Shown here in pieces: positions 25,578 to 38,040 of a stretch of DNA of 64,000 bases (positions are counted from its first letter, which is position 1; every line of letters starts with the position of its first letter). Below the pieces are notes generated by a model. It saw only the letters and a program-made list of their open reading frames with translations, had not been told where the DNA came from and ran no database searches. Source of the stretch: Ginglymostoma cirratum (lineage: Eukaryota). The position numbers and the translations under genes are program-made. Where the stretch lies: contig JAHRHZ010000087.1 in assembly GCA_024137785.1 (NCBI GenBank), positions 17,984,258 through 18,048,257 of the forward strand. Direction: 5' to 3'.

Positions 25578-25840
25578 ACCAAGAACTTACATGTGAACGC
25601 CAATACATTAGTATTATGTGGATTAACTCCTACCAGGAACTGTTTAGTTTTCAGAGTAGATATGTTCTAGGACTCTCCCATAGACTTTAGATCTGGCAGG
25701 AAATCATAACTTTGCAAGTGAACTGCGATTTGCGTCATTCAAGCACATATGGCATATTGAACATTAATCAACAATTTGACAGTTTTATTCAAACATTTTA
25801 TTCCTTGTCAATTACTCTACCTATGACCGTATACAAGCAT

Positions 25841-26129
25841 GGGGCAGTACGGTGGCTCAGTGGTTTGTGCTGCTGCCTCACAGCACCAGGGTTCAATTCC
25901 AGGGTCGGGCAACTTCTGTGTGGAGTTTGCACATTCTCCCTGTGTCTGCGTGGGCTTCCTCCAGGTGCTCTGCTTTCCTCCCACAGACTAAGGATGTACA
26001 GGTTAGGTGGATTGGCCTTGCTAAATTGCCTGTAGTGTATAGGGATGTGCAGGCTAGATGGATTAGCCATGAGATATGTGGGGTTACAAGTTTGATGTAG
26101 GGGAGTCGGTACAGGTGTGATGCACTTCA
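25841..26129 (+). mobile_element. HE1-type V-SINE
   Basis: tRNA head (gtggctcagtgg; gggttcaattcc), V-domain gtggagtttgcacattctccctgtgtctgcgtggg, CR1-like tail gggattctatgattc. Confidence 0.9.
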
Positions 26130-27750
26130 GAGAGTTGGAATGGACTTGATGGAATGGGCTGATTTCACTCTATAGGGATTCTATGATTCAAAGACATGCA
26201 CAAAACAAGTGTTACTGTGCGATGATTGAGAGCAGACTAATATTTCATCCTCTAGAGATAGTCAAGGCCAATTGTAGATATCCAATTAAGGTAAATTAAT
26301 TCAGTACAGACGAGGGTCAAACTTAGGTTTTTTTTGAATTGTAATCCCTGCTGGATAAGTCATTTCACAGCTAATACATCAGAAGACCCTGCAGACGTTT
26401 AACCTTATGTATGTAAATCAGAGGCCCATTTTGGGTCATATGTTCTTCAAGTTTCTTTATGATACTGAGCTTTGGCCCCAAAATAGGACCTCATTACATT
26501 CATTTTACAACCATTATCAGGCTAAGCAAGATATCATTTCTACCATGAAATCTCTTTTGTACACAGGATCCTACAAATGCTCATTTTGTGTTCAGTCTAT
26601 GTCCACATTGCTACTGACCTTTACAAAATGGAAGCATGGTGTTCGGCAAATAAATATTTCACAAAGTCTTACTGGAAAAGAAGTGTGATTTGTTAGCCTG
26701 GTGAAAAAGTCATTTTCATATGTGACAAATCAGAATTTTTTTGCCTTGTTGTTTCACTTTTCTAACTTACCCAACAAACAGATTTTTGAAGGTGAAGATT
26801 TGTACTATTTGAAGCATAATTCATATAGTTTGAAAAATAAAAAAAACACAATTGTTTCTTATATTCATTTCAAAATGCTCCTAGGTGATATGTTTTCTTC
26901 AAACTATTCACATAAAAGAGGCACAGGATGGATAATTTACGGCAGATGCAATCAAGATTTTTCATCTCATCAAAAAAAATTGTCATTTAGATATTTTTTT
27001 TGATAATAGGAAGGGATCCGTGATAAGTGAAATATTTTCTTTAGCAAAATGTCTGCCATTAACATCTGGCATCCAGCAATACTTTCCAGCTTTCATAGTT
27101 CACACAGTTTATTAACTATATTTTGTTACGACAGTAGCTTTTTACTTGCTCATCCTAATTTTGAGTCCATGGTACTAATAGCAGCAGCTATCTAGGGAAC
27201 TAGTTTTCTTGTTGCATCAGTAAATATTCCCAACATATGTAAAGAAACAATTTTAATTAGCTAAACACCAAATCATAACAATCAACTCTTTAATCTAAAT
27301 CTCTGAGTGGGTTGTCTTGGGCATTGCAAAGAATTACAATTATGAATCAAACAGCTTAACTATTGCTCAGGGGACATAATGGACTGTTCCAATATGCAAC
27401 TTGAAGTCAGCGTACTATGTATTGAATTATTTGGAACATGACACTCAAAATAATCATTAACAGCTGCCTTATGACTGTAAAATTATAAGCAGCAAAGATG
27501 TTTATTTCATAGTTAAACAGTTTAAAATCTACATGTTAAATAAGATCTCTGAATTGGGTCAGCTCTGGAAGAAGTACTGATTTACTATTGAAATTTCTGT
27601 TTAAAATGGTAATTAAATAGAAAGTTTGATGCTAAACAAATAATATAAAACATTCAAATAATCCCCAGGATGCAAATGGGTTCCATTCTGAAGTTCATTC
27701 GTAAGTGAATTTGCTTGCAAGATGGAACATAATGCAAGACAATGTAGAGA

Positions 27751-28460
27751 GGAGGCAATGGCCTAGTGTTATTACCAGAAACTCTACTAATGCTCTGGGG
27801 ACCTGGTCAAATCCTCCCATAGCAGATGGTGGAATTTGAAATTAATAAAAAATTTGAAATTAACAATCTATTGACAACCATGAAACGCTTGTTGGAAAAA
27901 CCCATCATGTTCACTAATGCCCTTCAGGGACAGAAATCTGCCATCTTTATCTGGACTGGTCTACATATAACTCCAGATCCAGACTATCAGCTGACCCCAG
28001 AAATAGCCGAGCAAGCCAGTCGACAAATAAATAAAACTAGACGGATCATCTGGCATTGTCTTTGACACTGGAAAATACAATGGCTAAAACAGCCCTGCAA
28101 AGACCTCCTTACTAACATCTGGGGGCCAATGCCATGACTGGGAGAGCTGCCTCAAGCAGCAATCTGACATAGTCATGCTCACGGACTCGTATCTGACACA
28201 CAATGTCCCAGACACTACGATCACCAGCCCTGGATATGTCCTGTGCCACCGGCAGGACACACCCAGCAGAGTTGGTGGCACAGTGGGATACAGTCAGGAG
28301 GGAACTGCACTGGGAGGACCCAACATTGACTCCAATCTCCATGACATCTAATGGCTTCAGGTTAAACTTGACAATGAAATTTCCTGCTGATTACCACATA
28401 CCATCCTCCCTCAGGTGATGAATCAGTTCTCCCCCATGTTGTACAACACTTGGAGGAAAC
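27751..28460 (+). mobile_element. 5' part of an APE-encoding LINE with a tRNA-SINE-like 5' end
   Basis: 27751-28010 is homologous to the SINE at 25213. It is followed by a decayed APE N-terminus: LLTNIWG..LGEL..DIVMLTDSYL..VPDTTITSPGYVLCHRQD..RVGGTV. Confidence 0.75.
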
Positions 28461-29127
28461 ACTGAGTGTGGTAAGGATGCAAAATGTACCGTGTGCACCA
28501 ATGGCTAAAACAATGACATGTGAGTCTGTGTGTACTTCCTGCAGCCATTGAGTGTTCTGTTGAGTTTGGCTGTTCATAGCAGTTGCAGCCAATCTGACCA
28601 TCCAGATAGACAGACGCATGAATGCTGGAACTAGCACAGTACTGATAATATTGGGAGATTCCTCAAACTTTCACCCCAGTTTCCCCAGGATATCTCAAAC
28701 CTGCAGCTCCTGAGTGTCAGATTGTGCAATTTGATGGAGTCCTCTCCTGCCGGGGCAGCGCAGGTGCCTGATCTCCAATGTTCCTTAGGTGCCAGAGACT
28801 TGGTAGCTTCTTCCTTAGCCAGCTGTGGGGATGTGCCCGTGATGTTCTGACTAGATTGCGCTCCCAACTAGTCTAGGTGAAGTACCCACTGAGGTGGAAG
28901 TCTCTAAGTAGGAAAAAGCCTTGCCAGTACATGCTCTTGAGGGATCTCACTTCCTCAGAGGTGGACAAGAAGTTGAAGGGCTGAGGGGCTAGTCTTCTTG
29001 ACGTAGGGCTGTGAGGATGCTGCTGAGCCTATATAAAAGAGAGGGTATTAGTAGCAGTAAAAGTTTGAGTATGTTCAGAATATCTCCACAGTGGTAGCAA
29101 TTGGAGAGCATGGCAAAGCACGAAACA

Positions 29128-29265
29128 GCTCTGAAGAAGAGTCATACTGCACTCAAAATGTTAACTCTGTTCCCCTCTGCCTAGATGCAACCAAATCTCT
29201 GAGCTTCTCCAGCTATCTCAGTCTTTGTTTCAGATTTCCAATGTCTGCAGTGTTTTGCTTTTACT
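29128..29265 (+). mobile_element. Old PLE-C-related pLTR end with degenerate hammerhead motif
   Basis: CTGAAGAagagtcatactgcactcAAAATGTTaactctgt..., followed by a tail similar to the 39922-40170 arms. Confidence 0.6.
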
Positions 29266-29674
29266 TGGAACATCTGTTAGGCAAAACGAAGGTATATCCT
29301 AGGATTTAGAGTACATTTTCATGTAGGATTCCCTAAATAAGATGTGCTCAAGGTGTACATCAGGGCATGGATGCATTGTCTGAAAGACCTATGAGTAGTG
29401 GAATTTTGAAGGTATTTTACATGATTTATGATTAGTGTTAGATAACATTTATATCAGGCAGTCAGAGCTGACAAAAGCTTTAAAACAGAAGTTTAGTTAA
29501 TTGAACAAATTCAATGGAATTTAATCATTCCAATCTCAGTATTCACAAATGTAACTAAAGGAACCAAGTTTGTTTTATGTAAACAAATACTATGAACTTT
29601 CAATCAATTACCAATATAGATAATACATTTTCATGAGATAAGTCCATTAACACCCTGGAGTTTTGGGCATTATT

Positions 29675-30265
29675 TCAAAGTTTTTGGATGATGTAACATC
29701 CAAATAATGGTAAAATAAGGGTAATAAAAGATTTCAGGAGGATATAGACAGACTAATAAAATGGGTAGCACATGACAGATGAAGTTCAATGCAGAGAAGT
29801 GTGAAGTCATACATCTTGGAAAGAAGAATGAGTGAGATATTATAAACAAATAGTACAATTTTGAATGTCGTCCAATGACAGAATGCTCTATGTTTACATA
29901 TTTGAAGATGAGAGCACAAGTTGGTAAGGGTGGTCAAAATATTTTATGAAATCCTTGCCTTTATAATGGACCATACAATATAAAAGTATGGAGAAGATCC
30001 TGAACAGCACTGTTAAGGCCTTAGCTGGAATGTTGTATCCAGTTTTGGACATCAATTTGCCAAGACCCTGGAGAGGGTGCATTGAAGGTCGACTAGGTTT
30101 TATGTAGAGACGGGAAAAGCTAGGTTTGCTCTGCTTAGAGCAGAGAATATTAAGGATTCTTTGGAGATATTCAAAATCATAATACATTTAGATACAGAAG
30201 GTTATGTGATCAGAGGACATAGATTAAAGGTAGTTGCTGAAAGAATCATGTTAGAAATTTTCTTT
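29675..30265 (+). mobile_element. Diverged CR1 ORF2 (RT C-terminal) fragment
   Basis: atgaagttcaatgcagagaagtgtgaagtcatacat etc., homologous to 16520-17060. Confidence 0.75.
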
Positions 30266-30399
30266 TCTAATTATCCATTTTCAGTCAGAACAGAACAAGT
30301 GAGGAGTGAACTCTTTGTGCCTGCTGCTAATAACACACGTTTGTTCCCCCTTATATCTGCTTCCATGGGAACAGAAAAATAAGATCTGCATTTCTTCTT

Positions 30400-31855
30400 T
30401 CAGAGATGAATCACAGAGCCAAAGCTGGCAATAGCAGTTATGTGTATTGGAGGAGTTAAGGAGATTGTAATGGAGGAGGGAACATTTGTGATTGTAAAGT
30501 TTGAGACCCATTTGTAGGGACGCTGGGGACTGCACCAGAGATCACGATAAATATTTCTGTCTGAAGATTGTTGTGAATATTTCAGTTTTATCTTTTGCAC
30601 TGATATGCTGGATTCTCCCATCATTGAGAATGGGGATATTTGTGGAGCGTTCTCCTTCAGTGAGTTGTTTAATTGTTCACCACTATTCAATACTTGATGT
30701 GGCTGGACTACAGAGTTTAGAACTGATCAGCTGATTGTAAAATCACATGACTGTTTAGCACTTGCTGCTCTTTGGCACCCAAGTATTCTCGTTTTATAGT
30801 TTCACCAGGTTGACACCTTATTTTTAGATATGCCTGCTGGGGTTCCTGGCTTACCTGCCTGCACTCTTCATTAAACCAGGGATTGATTTTCTGGCTTGAT
30901 GGCAATGTAGAGCTAAGGTTATGCTGGGCCATGAGATTGCAGATTGTTTGGAATATAATACTGCTGCTGTTGATGGCCCACAGTGTCTCATGGATGTCTA
31001 GACTTGAATTGTTATCTCTCTTTGAAGACTGCCCCATTTAGCATAGAGATAGTGGCACACAACACAACATTAGGTATTATCAATATGAAAGCAGGACTTC
31101 TATCTCCACAAGACCTGCGTGGTGGTCACTTTTACCAATACTTATCACGGACAGATGAATAGATTGGTGAGGATGAGGTCAAGTGTGTTCTTCCCTCTTA
31201 TTGGTTCTCTCAGCACCTGCTGCAGACCCAGTCGAACAGATTTGTCCTTAGGACTCGAGCAGCTTGATCAGTAGTGCTGCTGCCGAGCTGCTTTTGGTGG
31301 TGGATGGTCAGAGTACAGCCCATATTCTTGCTACCCTGCAAAAGCTGTACAACATCAGCCAAGAGTGAGTGGGGGTGGAATGTGGAAATCAGGAGGAGGT
31401 TCCCTTGCCCCTGTTTGATCTGATGCCATGAGACTTATGGTGTCTAGAGTCAATGCTGAGGACTCACAGGGATGCTCTTCCTGACTGTATACCACTGTAC
31501 CACCCCATTTGCTGGGTCTGTCCTACAAGAGGGGCAGGACATAATGTCAGATGGTGATGATAGTGTCTGGGACTTTCGCGTAAACTATGATTTTGTGAGT
31601 ATGACTATGTCAGGCTGTGTGACAGTTCTCCCAATTTTGGCACTTGTCTCTAGATGTTAGCAAGGAGGACTTCACAGGATCGAATGGGCTGTGTTTGCCA
31701 TTGTCATTTCCAGTGCCTTAGACAGTGCCAGGAGGCGCATCCAATTTCGTTCTTTTTCTCCTTTCTAGCAGTGGAGACTAGGCCATTTCAGAAGGCAATT
31801 AGGAAATAACTATATTGTTGTGGGTCAAGAGTCCCATGTAGGCCAGACCAATGGA
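30400..31855 (-). mobile_element. Second copy of the tRNA-headed APE LINE (part of 5'UTR, APE and linker)
   Basis: Reverse complement of 31773-31850 matches the SINE/LINE head. APE remnants follow, plus PWFNEECR..QQAYLKIRCQPGE (ORF 30717-31037). Confidence 0.75.
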
Positions 31856-31904
31856 TGGCAATTGCTTTGGTGAAAATTGGTCAAGTTTCACCCAAGTGAC
31901 TTTT

Positions 31905-32135
31905 GAACATACATACAAACATATGAATCAGGAGAAGAAATAGGTAACTTAGCCCTTCAAGCCTACTCCACCATTCAATAAGATCATGGCTGATCTGTTA
32001 GTGTTCTGAATTCTGCATTCCCATCAGTCCCCAATAACCTTTGAATACCTTGCCATCAAGAATTTCTCTATCTCTGCCTTAAAAATCATCAACATCCTTG
32101 CCTCCATGACCTCCTGAAGCAAAGAGTTTCAAATA
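31905..32135 (-). mobile_element. CR1 3' fragment
   Basis: ccattcaataagatcatggctgatctg, a CR1 3'UTR motif in reverse. Confidence 0.7.
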
Positions 32136-32899
32136 CATTGGGCATAGAAATCTATGGTCTTTTAGTTACCTTCTTGAGGTCCATTTTGGATTGACACCAA
32201 CAGCAGATGTGGTACTGAACTAAATGATAGACAATGCCATCGGTATAAAAAGAATTCTCAATTTCCCGGTGCATTTGATTTTTATTTCCCTAAGTTGATG
32301 TCTTACATTGTATTCTCACTATGCCATCCCAACCATTTCTTGCAACTTTTTTTGCTTCTGGATTATAAATAATCCTTGCTGGGGCTAAGAATCAAAGTTA
32401 CTGCCATTGAAGAATAGTTTGCTCAAAGCTAAGTTAAAGAATGTGTCAGTGAAGAATTAAACTGTCATCAATGAAGCATTTTCAATAAAAAAAATTATGT
32501 GCCACAGACAAAGAATATTTGTATAAGACTGGCACAAGTCCCTGTTAAACAGGCAGCAACAAATTTTTAGCTACGAGCAAATCAAAATTTATTCTTGAGG
32601 AAAATAATTTAAATACAGAATTATTGAATTTTAGAGGTAATTTTTGTTACCTGGATAAAAAAAATGCCTGTTGTATTGTTTGTGTTATACAGCTGAATGA
32701 AATCACTCAGTATACCCTTGCAGAAGTGATGTTTTACGAGCTGCCATTCCAGATCAAATATTTATTCATTACATTTGGATTTTAACATCATAAATGCATA
32801 TTCACAACCAGAATAGCTGCTGAGGCAGTTTAATTTGCACAGCTGAAGAAACAAATATGGACTGAATACTGCACAATCTCTCCTGAAGTGATTTGCGCC

Positions 32900-33160
32900 A
32901 AAGAACCAGAGGCAATGTAAGGCAAAACTGTTTTTGTGTAGACAGTAATTGGGATTTGGAACTCACTGCCTCAGAGTTGGTGGAGGCAGATTTAGTGATA
33001 GCTTTCAAAAAAGGAATTGGACAATTATCTGAAGAGAAAGATTTTGCAGGATTATTGGGAAAAAGCTGGGAAGTGAAATCAGCTGAGTTAGTCAGAGATG
33101 CTGAGCCGAATGGTCTCCTTCTGTGTAGAAATAATAATTCTATCATTCTTTGATTCTGTG
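32900..33160 (+). mobile_element. CR1 3' fragment
   Basis: WNSLPQ.VEA...FK-like coding end, gagccgaatggtctccttctgtg, tail attctatcattctttgattctgtg. Confidence 0.7.
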
Positions 33161-34494
33161 ATTTGCAAGTGCAAAATAACTATAATCATCACTGTCTTTG
33201 TAATTCAAAGTAACATCAGCAAGGGTATTTCAATGATGGCAGAGCTTTTGGATAAATGACTTGCAAACTTTACCATGCTTTCATGTAAAAATACTGACAG
33301 ATGATGACCTTCATAATCTGAATCACAACCAAAACTGATTTTAGCACATTAAACAATGATCTCTAATAAAAATAATTAGAACAGGAGCCATGTTGCAATG
33401 TTAAAGATAGGAGACCATATGATGGCATAATTTTCTTTTTGATGAGTAAGGATTTTAAACATTTCCACTGAGTGATTGATTGTTTGATTGGTTAATTTAT
33501 TCCACAAAGTATTGATAATTTGGGGGAGGGACTAATGGACTGAGATTCCAAATCAGGCCTGCTGATTAATAGATCAACAGTTTAGCACAGTAAGGACTTG
33601 TATTTCACAACAGATTTGGCTACTAAGATGTCATTGAGAACTCTGACCTTTCCAAAGAGTAAGTGTTAATCTCATAATACAACTATATCTATAGAAAAAC
33701 AATTTCTTAATTGAGAATTTATCTTATCCAAGAGGGACACTACAACCACGGTCCTCAGCTATTGATATTTATGAATAATTTTTCAAGAATTACATTGTCC
33801 TGAGGATTTGTTGTGTACGGATCTTGGGGAAATGGAAATACTTTCAATTCCAATGAAGTAAATCCATTATATTTGATTTTCCTCATGTTTTATTTGCGAT
33901 TGGAATTTACTTATGAAAATATAGATCAATTTGAAATACAGTGCAGGCAAACAAACTATAGAATAGTTTTTTAAGGGCAAAGGGAGGTGTAAACTTTGCT
34001 CAATGGAGTAAAACACAAATTGTGTAAATAAATACCCCATATACAGAGTATGAAATCGGACAGGTAGCAAAGTTATTTGGGCAGTATAAATGTTTGGATC
34101 AAGTCACAGAGAACACCACATTAGTGTGTGTGTGTGAGAAGGATGTAAGTAACTGTTGAAAGTATGCAGAGACTGCAGACCATGACATCAGTCAGCATAG
34201 GCCCTGATTAAACACCAGCTCTGTCATTTTGGAGCTCAGAGCTCCAGCTAATATCTTATCTCCACTTTGTCTCAGATATTTGAACAAGCATTCAGCAGCA
34301 GGTGGGATGCCCCACCAAACCATTTAAACAGATCATTAACTACTTTCAGATTAGCTGTTGGTTGAATCATTCTAGTTGTTTCTTCAACTGTTTGATGCAT
34401 CCTCTGCATGTTTAAAGTTGCAAAAGTGTGCTAGATGTGGTGCAGCAGAGGTTTAACCTTAGAGCTTCTGAACCAAACCAGCTTCTCTCTGAAA

Positions 34495-34590
34495 CAAAAA
34501 CAAAGTTGCTGGTAAAGCTCAGCAGGTCTGGCAGCATCTGTGAAGGAGAAAACAGAGTTAACGTTTTGGGGTCCGGTGACCCTTCCTCAG
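34495..34590 (-). mobile_element. 96-bp PLE-C hammerhead mini-element with 15-bp TSD
   Basis: TSD agcttctctctgaaa at 34480-34494 and 34591-34605. Reverse complement begins CTGAGGAagggtcaccggaccccAAAACGTTaac (G12 mutated). Confidence 0.85.
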
Positions 34591-34609
34591 AGCTTCTCTC
34601 TGAAATCGG

Positions 34610-35500
34610 TGCATTAGTAACCGTTCCCCTGGAAATGCAGTGTGACCTGGAAAATGAACAGCACCACAAGCTGCTCGAAGTGGGAGGCAGAGAGGGGAGA
34701 AAGGCTCTCAGCAGGAAGCCATACCCACCCAAGCTATTCGAGGAGCAATTCTCTAACCTGAACATCAACGAGAAACATTATGCATAATAGTTACTTTTCA
34801 ATAATGAAGTCCTTCCTAAAATTGGTCAACTATTGTAGCCACACTGCCAAACTCAGAGGTGGGGAAGGACAGCATTGCCAACAGACATTGTATAGGCTGC
34901 TTGCAGGCCTTGGAGATATTTACAGCGTCTCATAGTTGTCTTTAGTTGCATGTGAGAGGTAACACATGCTTTCTATTCATTGAGGACTGGCCACATTTCA
35001 TTTGATCTTGTCAGAAAGAAGCAGCTGGAAAAAACAAACAGCTTTGGTGAGATTGCAAGTTTCCCAATTGTGCAGGGTGCAATTGGCTGCCCAGACATCA
35101 TTTTGTAGATTCCACAAATCAACTCTGCTCTCCACTGGAATTGAAAGTACTTTCAGGGTCCAGGTATGTAGCTATATGCAGCAAATCATAAAGTCCACAT
35201 ACCGTATACTGGCAGCACTGATGATATCTTCATTCTGCAGCAGTCCCCTGTGCTGGCTGCATTTGAACAACAACAGTAAACCAAAGTGTGGCCTTTGGGT
35301 AACAAGAGCTATCCATTGACCCGGTGACTGGTGACTCCAGTGCTTGGTTATAACAAGTGTAACACCATGAAAAAAACAATGATAGAGTAGACTATTAGCA
35401 TGCAGCAAAATTACTTGGTACTGCCTTGATCATGCTGCAGGAATCCTGAAGGCCTTGATGGAGGGGGTGGGGAGTATAAACCTTAGTCTTCATGCCCATG
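34610..35500 (+). pseudogene. Decayed Harbinger/PIF DDE transposase (HARBI1-like)
   Basis: Frame-broken peptides RKPYPPKLFEEQFSNLNINE; FGEIASFPIVQGAIGC; TGSTDDIFILQQS; WPLGNKSYPL..LVTPV..YN....IE*TI. These match the DDE_Tnp_4 pattern GFP.V.GAIDC / PGS.HD / LGD.GYPL / IE. Confidence 0.75.
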
Positions 35501-36759
35501 AGGGTACAGCCCTTGCCAGCAGCATTATAGGGTGCAGTTGAGCAGCAAGAATACAAGGAGGAGAAAGGAGAGAAGAAGACATACCCATTCTGTTTATGAA
35601 GATCTTATCAGAGTTTGACACTGGTGACTGTTTCTTCAGTTGCCCATTTACTTTAGTCCAGTCCCTTTCCTTTGCCACTGACCATCGCAACATTCTATAC
35701 TCAGAATTTCAGTGGGAGCTGCTTGTGTGGCATGACTATGGCCATTAGACTCTATACCATGGCTGGATTTACAAGTGAAGAGATAGAGTTGACTACTATT
35801 ATGAAAGGATGGCCTTCCTGATTTGTACATATCCTTGATTCTTCCATGCTAATGAGCACCAAGAACAGACTTTTTGACAGCTTCCCAAAGGGCAAAGTAT
35901 TTAACCATGCATTTTCAACATCATTCTTCTCTTGTCTGCCACACCATGGTCTCCATTTGAATCCTCTGCTGCAGAACTCATCAGTTATACACGAAATGTC
36001 ATCTGTGACCTTGCCCTGTGACAAGTTGACAACTGCTCCCTTGTCCCGTATCTTTTCTGTGTGCCACTCATGTCTGGTGTTCTGTCATGTGCAGATCCTG
36101 TCTTTAACCTATTCTCTAAATTACATGCAACGTCAATAATTGAACCATTGGCTGTGACTGTGAAATTGAGTGATGATGTGTCTTCATTTCCTTGTTGTAT
36201 ATCCTGAACAGATTGCACTTCCTAGATAAAGAGAAATGCCCAAAGGCAAGGAAGTGCTACAGTCAGGCAGCGTGGTAGTAAAAGGTGCATTTTGCATATT
36301 TGCATCTTGTAAATGAGAATAAATTGTGGAGTGAGTGAGGGGGTAGAATATGAGAAGAAGTATTAGACATAACTATACTATCATCTTTGATGGTTTCAGC
36401 CCTTTGGTGGGCAAGACAACAGCAATGGATATCCCAATAATGGCCAATCTGCCTCCTCCATGACGGTCAGGACTGGCTGGCAACCTCCCCGCAATAAAAC
36501 TGTGGATTTGGACTCTATTCTAAAACATTTAAATTTTCGTCTATAACAAGGGACAGCCTATGACTGCTAGGTTTGAGTCTTGAAAGATGAGGATTGATAG
36601 TGGGTAAATGAAAGGACTTTGGTGAGAATTAAACAATATCTGAGCTAGGTCCTAGGGGGTTGCTGTCATTGGCCCACACCATCTGCTCAAACTGCCTCTG
36701 AGTATTTGACTGGAGAGCCTCTGTAGATACGGGACATATTTCCTGTGGCTGAGTGTTAA

Positions 36760-37097
36760 AGGTGGCACTGTGGCTCAGCGGTTAGCATTGCTGCCTTACA
36801 GCGCCAGGGACCTGGGTTTGATTCTAGCCTCGGGCAACTATCAGTGTGGAGTTTGCATGTTCTCCTTGTGTCTGTGTGGGTTTCTACCTGGTGCTCCAGT
36901 TTCCTCCCACAGTCCAAAGATGTGCAAGTTAGGTGGATTGATCGTGTTAAATTGTCCACGGTGTCTAGAGATATGTAGTTTAGGTATGTTAACCATGGCA
37001 AATGCAGGGATGGGTCTGTGTGGCATGATCTTCAGAAGATATGTGGACTTGTTGGGCCGAATGGCCTGTTTCCACACTGTGGGGATTCTATGATTCT
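36760..37097 (+). mobile_element. HE1-type V-SINE
   Basis: ggtggcactgtggctcagcggttagc..gggtttgattc, V-domain, tail gggattctatgattc. Confidence 0.92.
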
Positions 37098-38040
37098 TCC
37101 AACAAGGTCCCCAGTACAAACATCTGAAAATTGTAGTTATTTTAATCAACATGTTTGCACATGTTATGATACACATCCGAAGTAGATGGAATTTGAATCT
37201 GGACATTCTGGTTTAGATGTAGGGGCATTAACACTGTGTCATAAAAGTCCTGTCCTTGGAAATTCATTTCACAATGAACTCCCAGTACTTGTTCCAGCCA
37301 CAAGGCATGTCTCCCTTAAGCAGTGCAGCCAGCTGTAAATGGGACTAGTAACACCTCCTGAAACAGTTCCCAGCTAATCAGTGGTGGGGCGAGCATTGGC
37401 TGGACGCTGTAACTGTTAAAGCCGAATGCAGCAGGGAGTTGGCTTGGTGTTTGTCATGCAATCAATGGATGGAGTTTCACTGCACTTCAATATCCCATCC
37501 GTCTTGGTGAGATGGTGTTGAACTTAAACCCTTCCCACTAACTCCCTCCCCCTTGCCCATCCGAGTTTCCCTTTAACACAATAAATAATCAGATACAACA
37601 TATCTGTGACTAGTTAGATAGTGAATTTTACATAATTTCCCCAAGTTACAATTTTCTCCTGGTGTGATCACTGAGTTCTTTGGGATTTTTTTGCTTTCCA
37701 CATTAACATTAACTACTAAATTGGGTAGAAGTCTTTAATTTCAGAGATGAAAAACAAGCATTTTTAAAATCAGGTAAAGAACATTACAAGATCGATTGGT
37801 GTAAATGAGTTGTTGCTGTAAAACATATGGTCCAGTCTAAAGATCAGAAAAGTTACGCCAATGCTGCTAATAGCAATATAATCCTTTAGTAATGGACATT
37901 AGTTTCATGTTTTGTGGAATAGCAGTATATATGTATTACCACCTTAGAGTAAAACAATTTCTACATAATATATACATTTAATTGGCTATTTTAACATGTG
38001 GCATTTGCACTGTTGATGGATCCCCAGTATGAGAGTTAGA

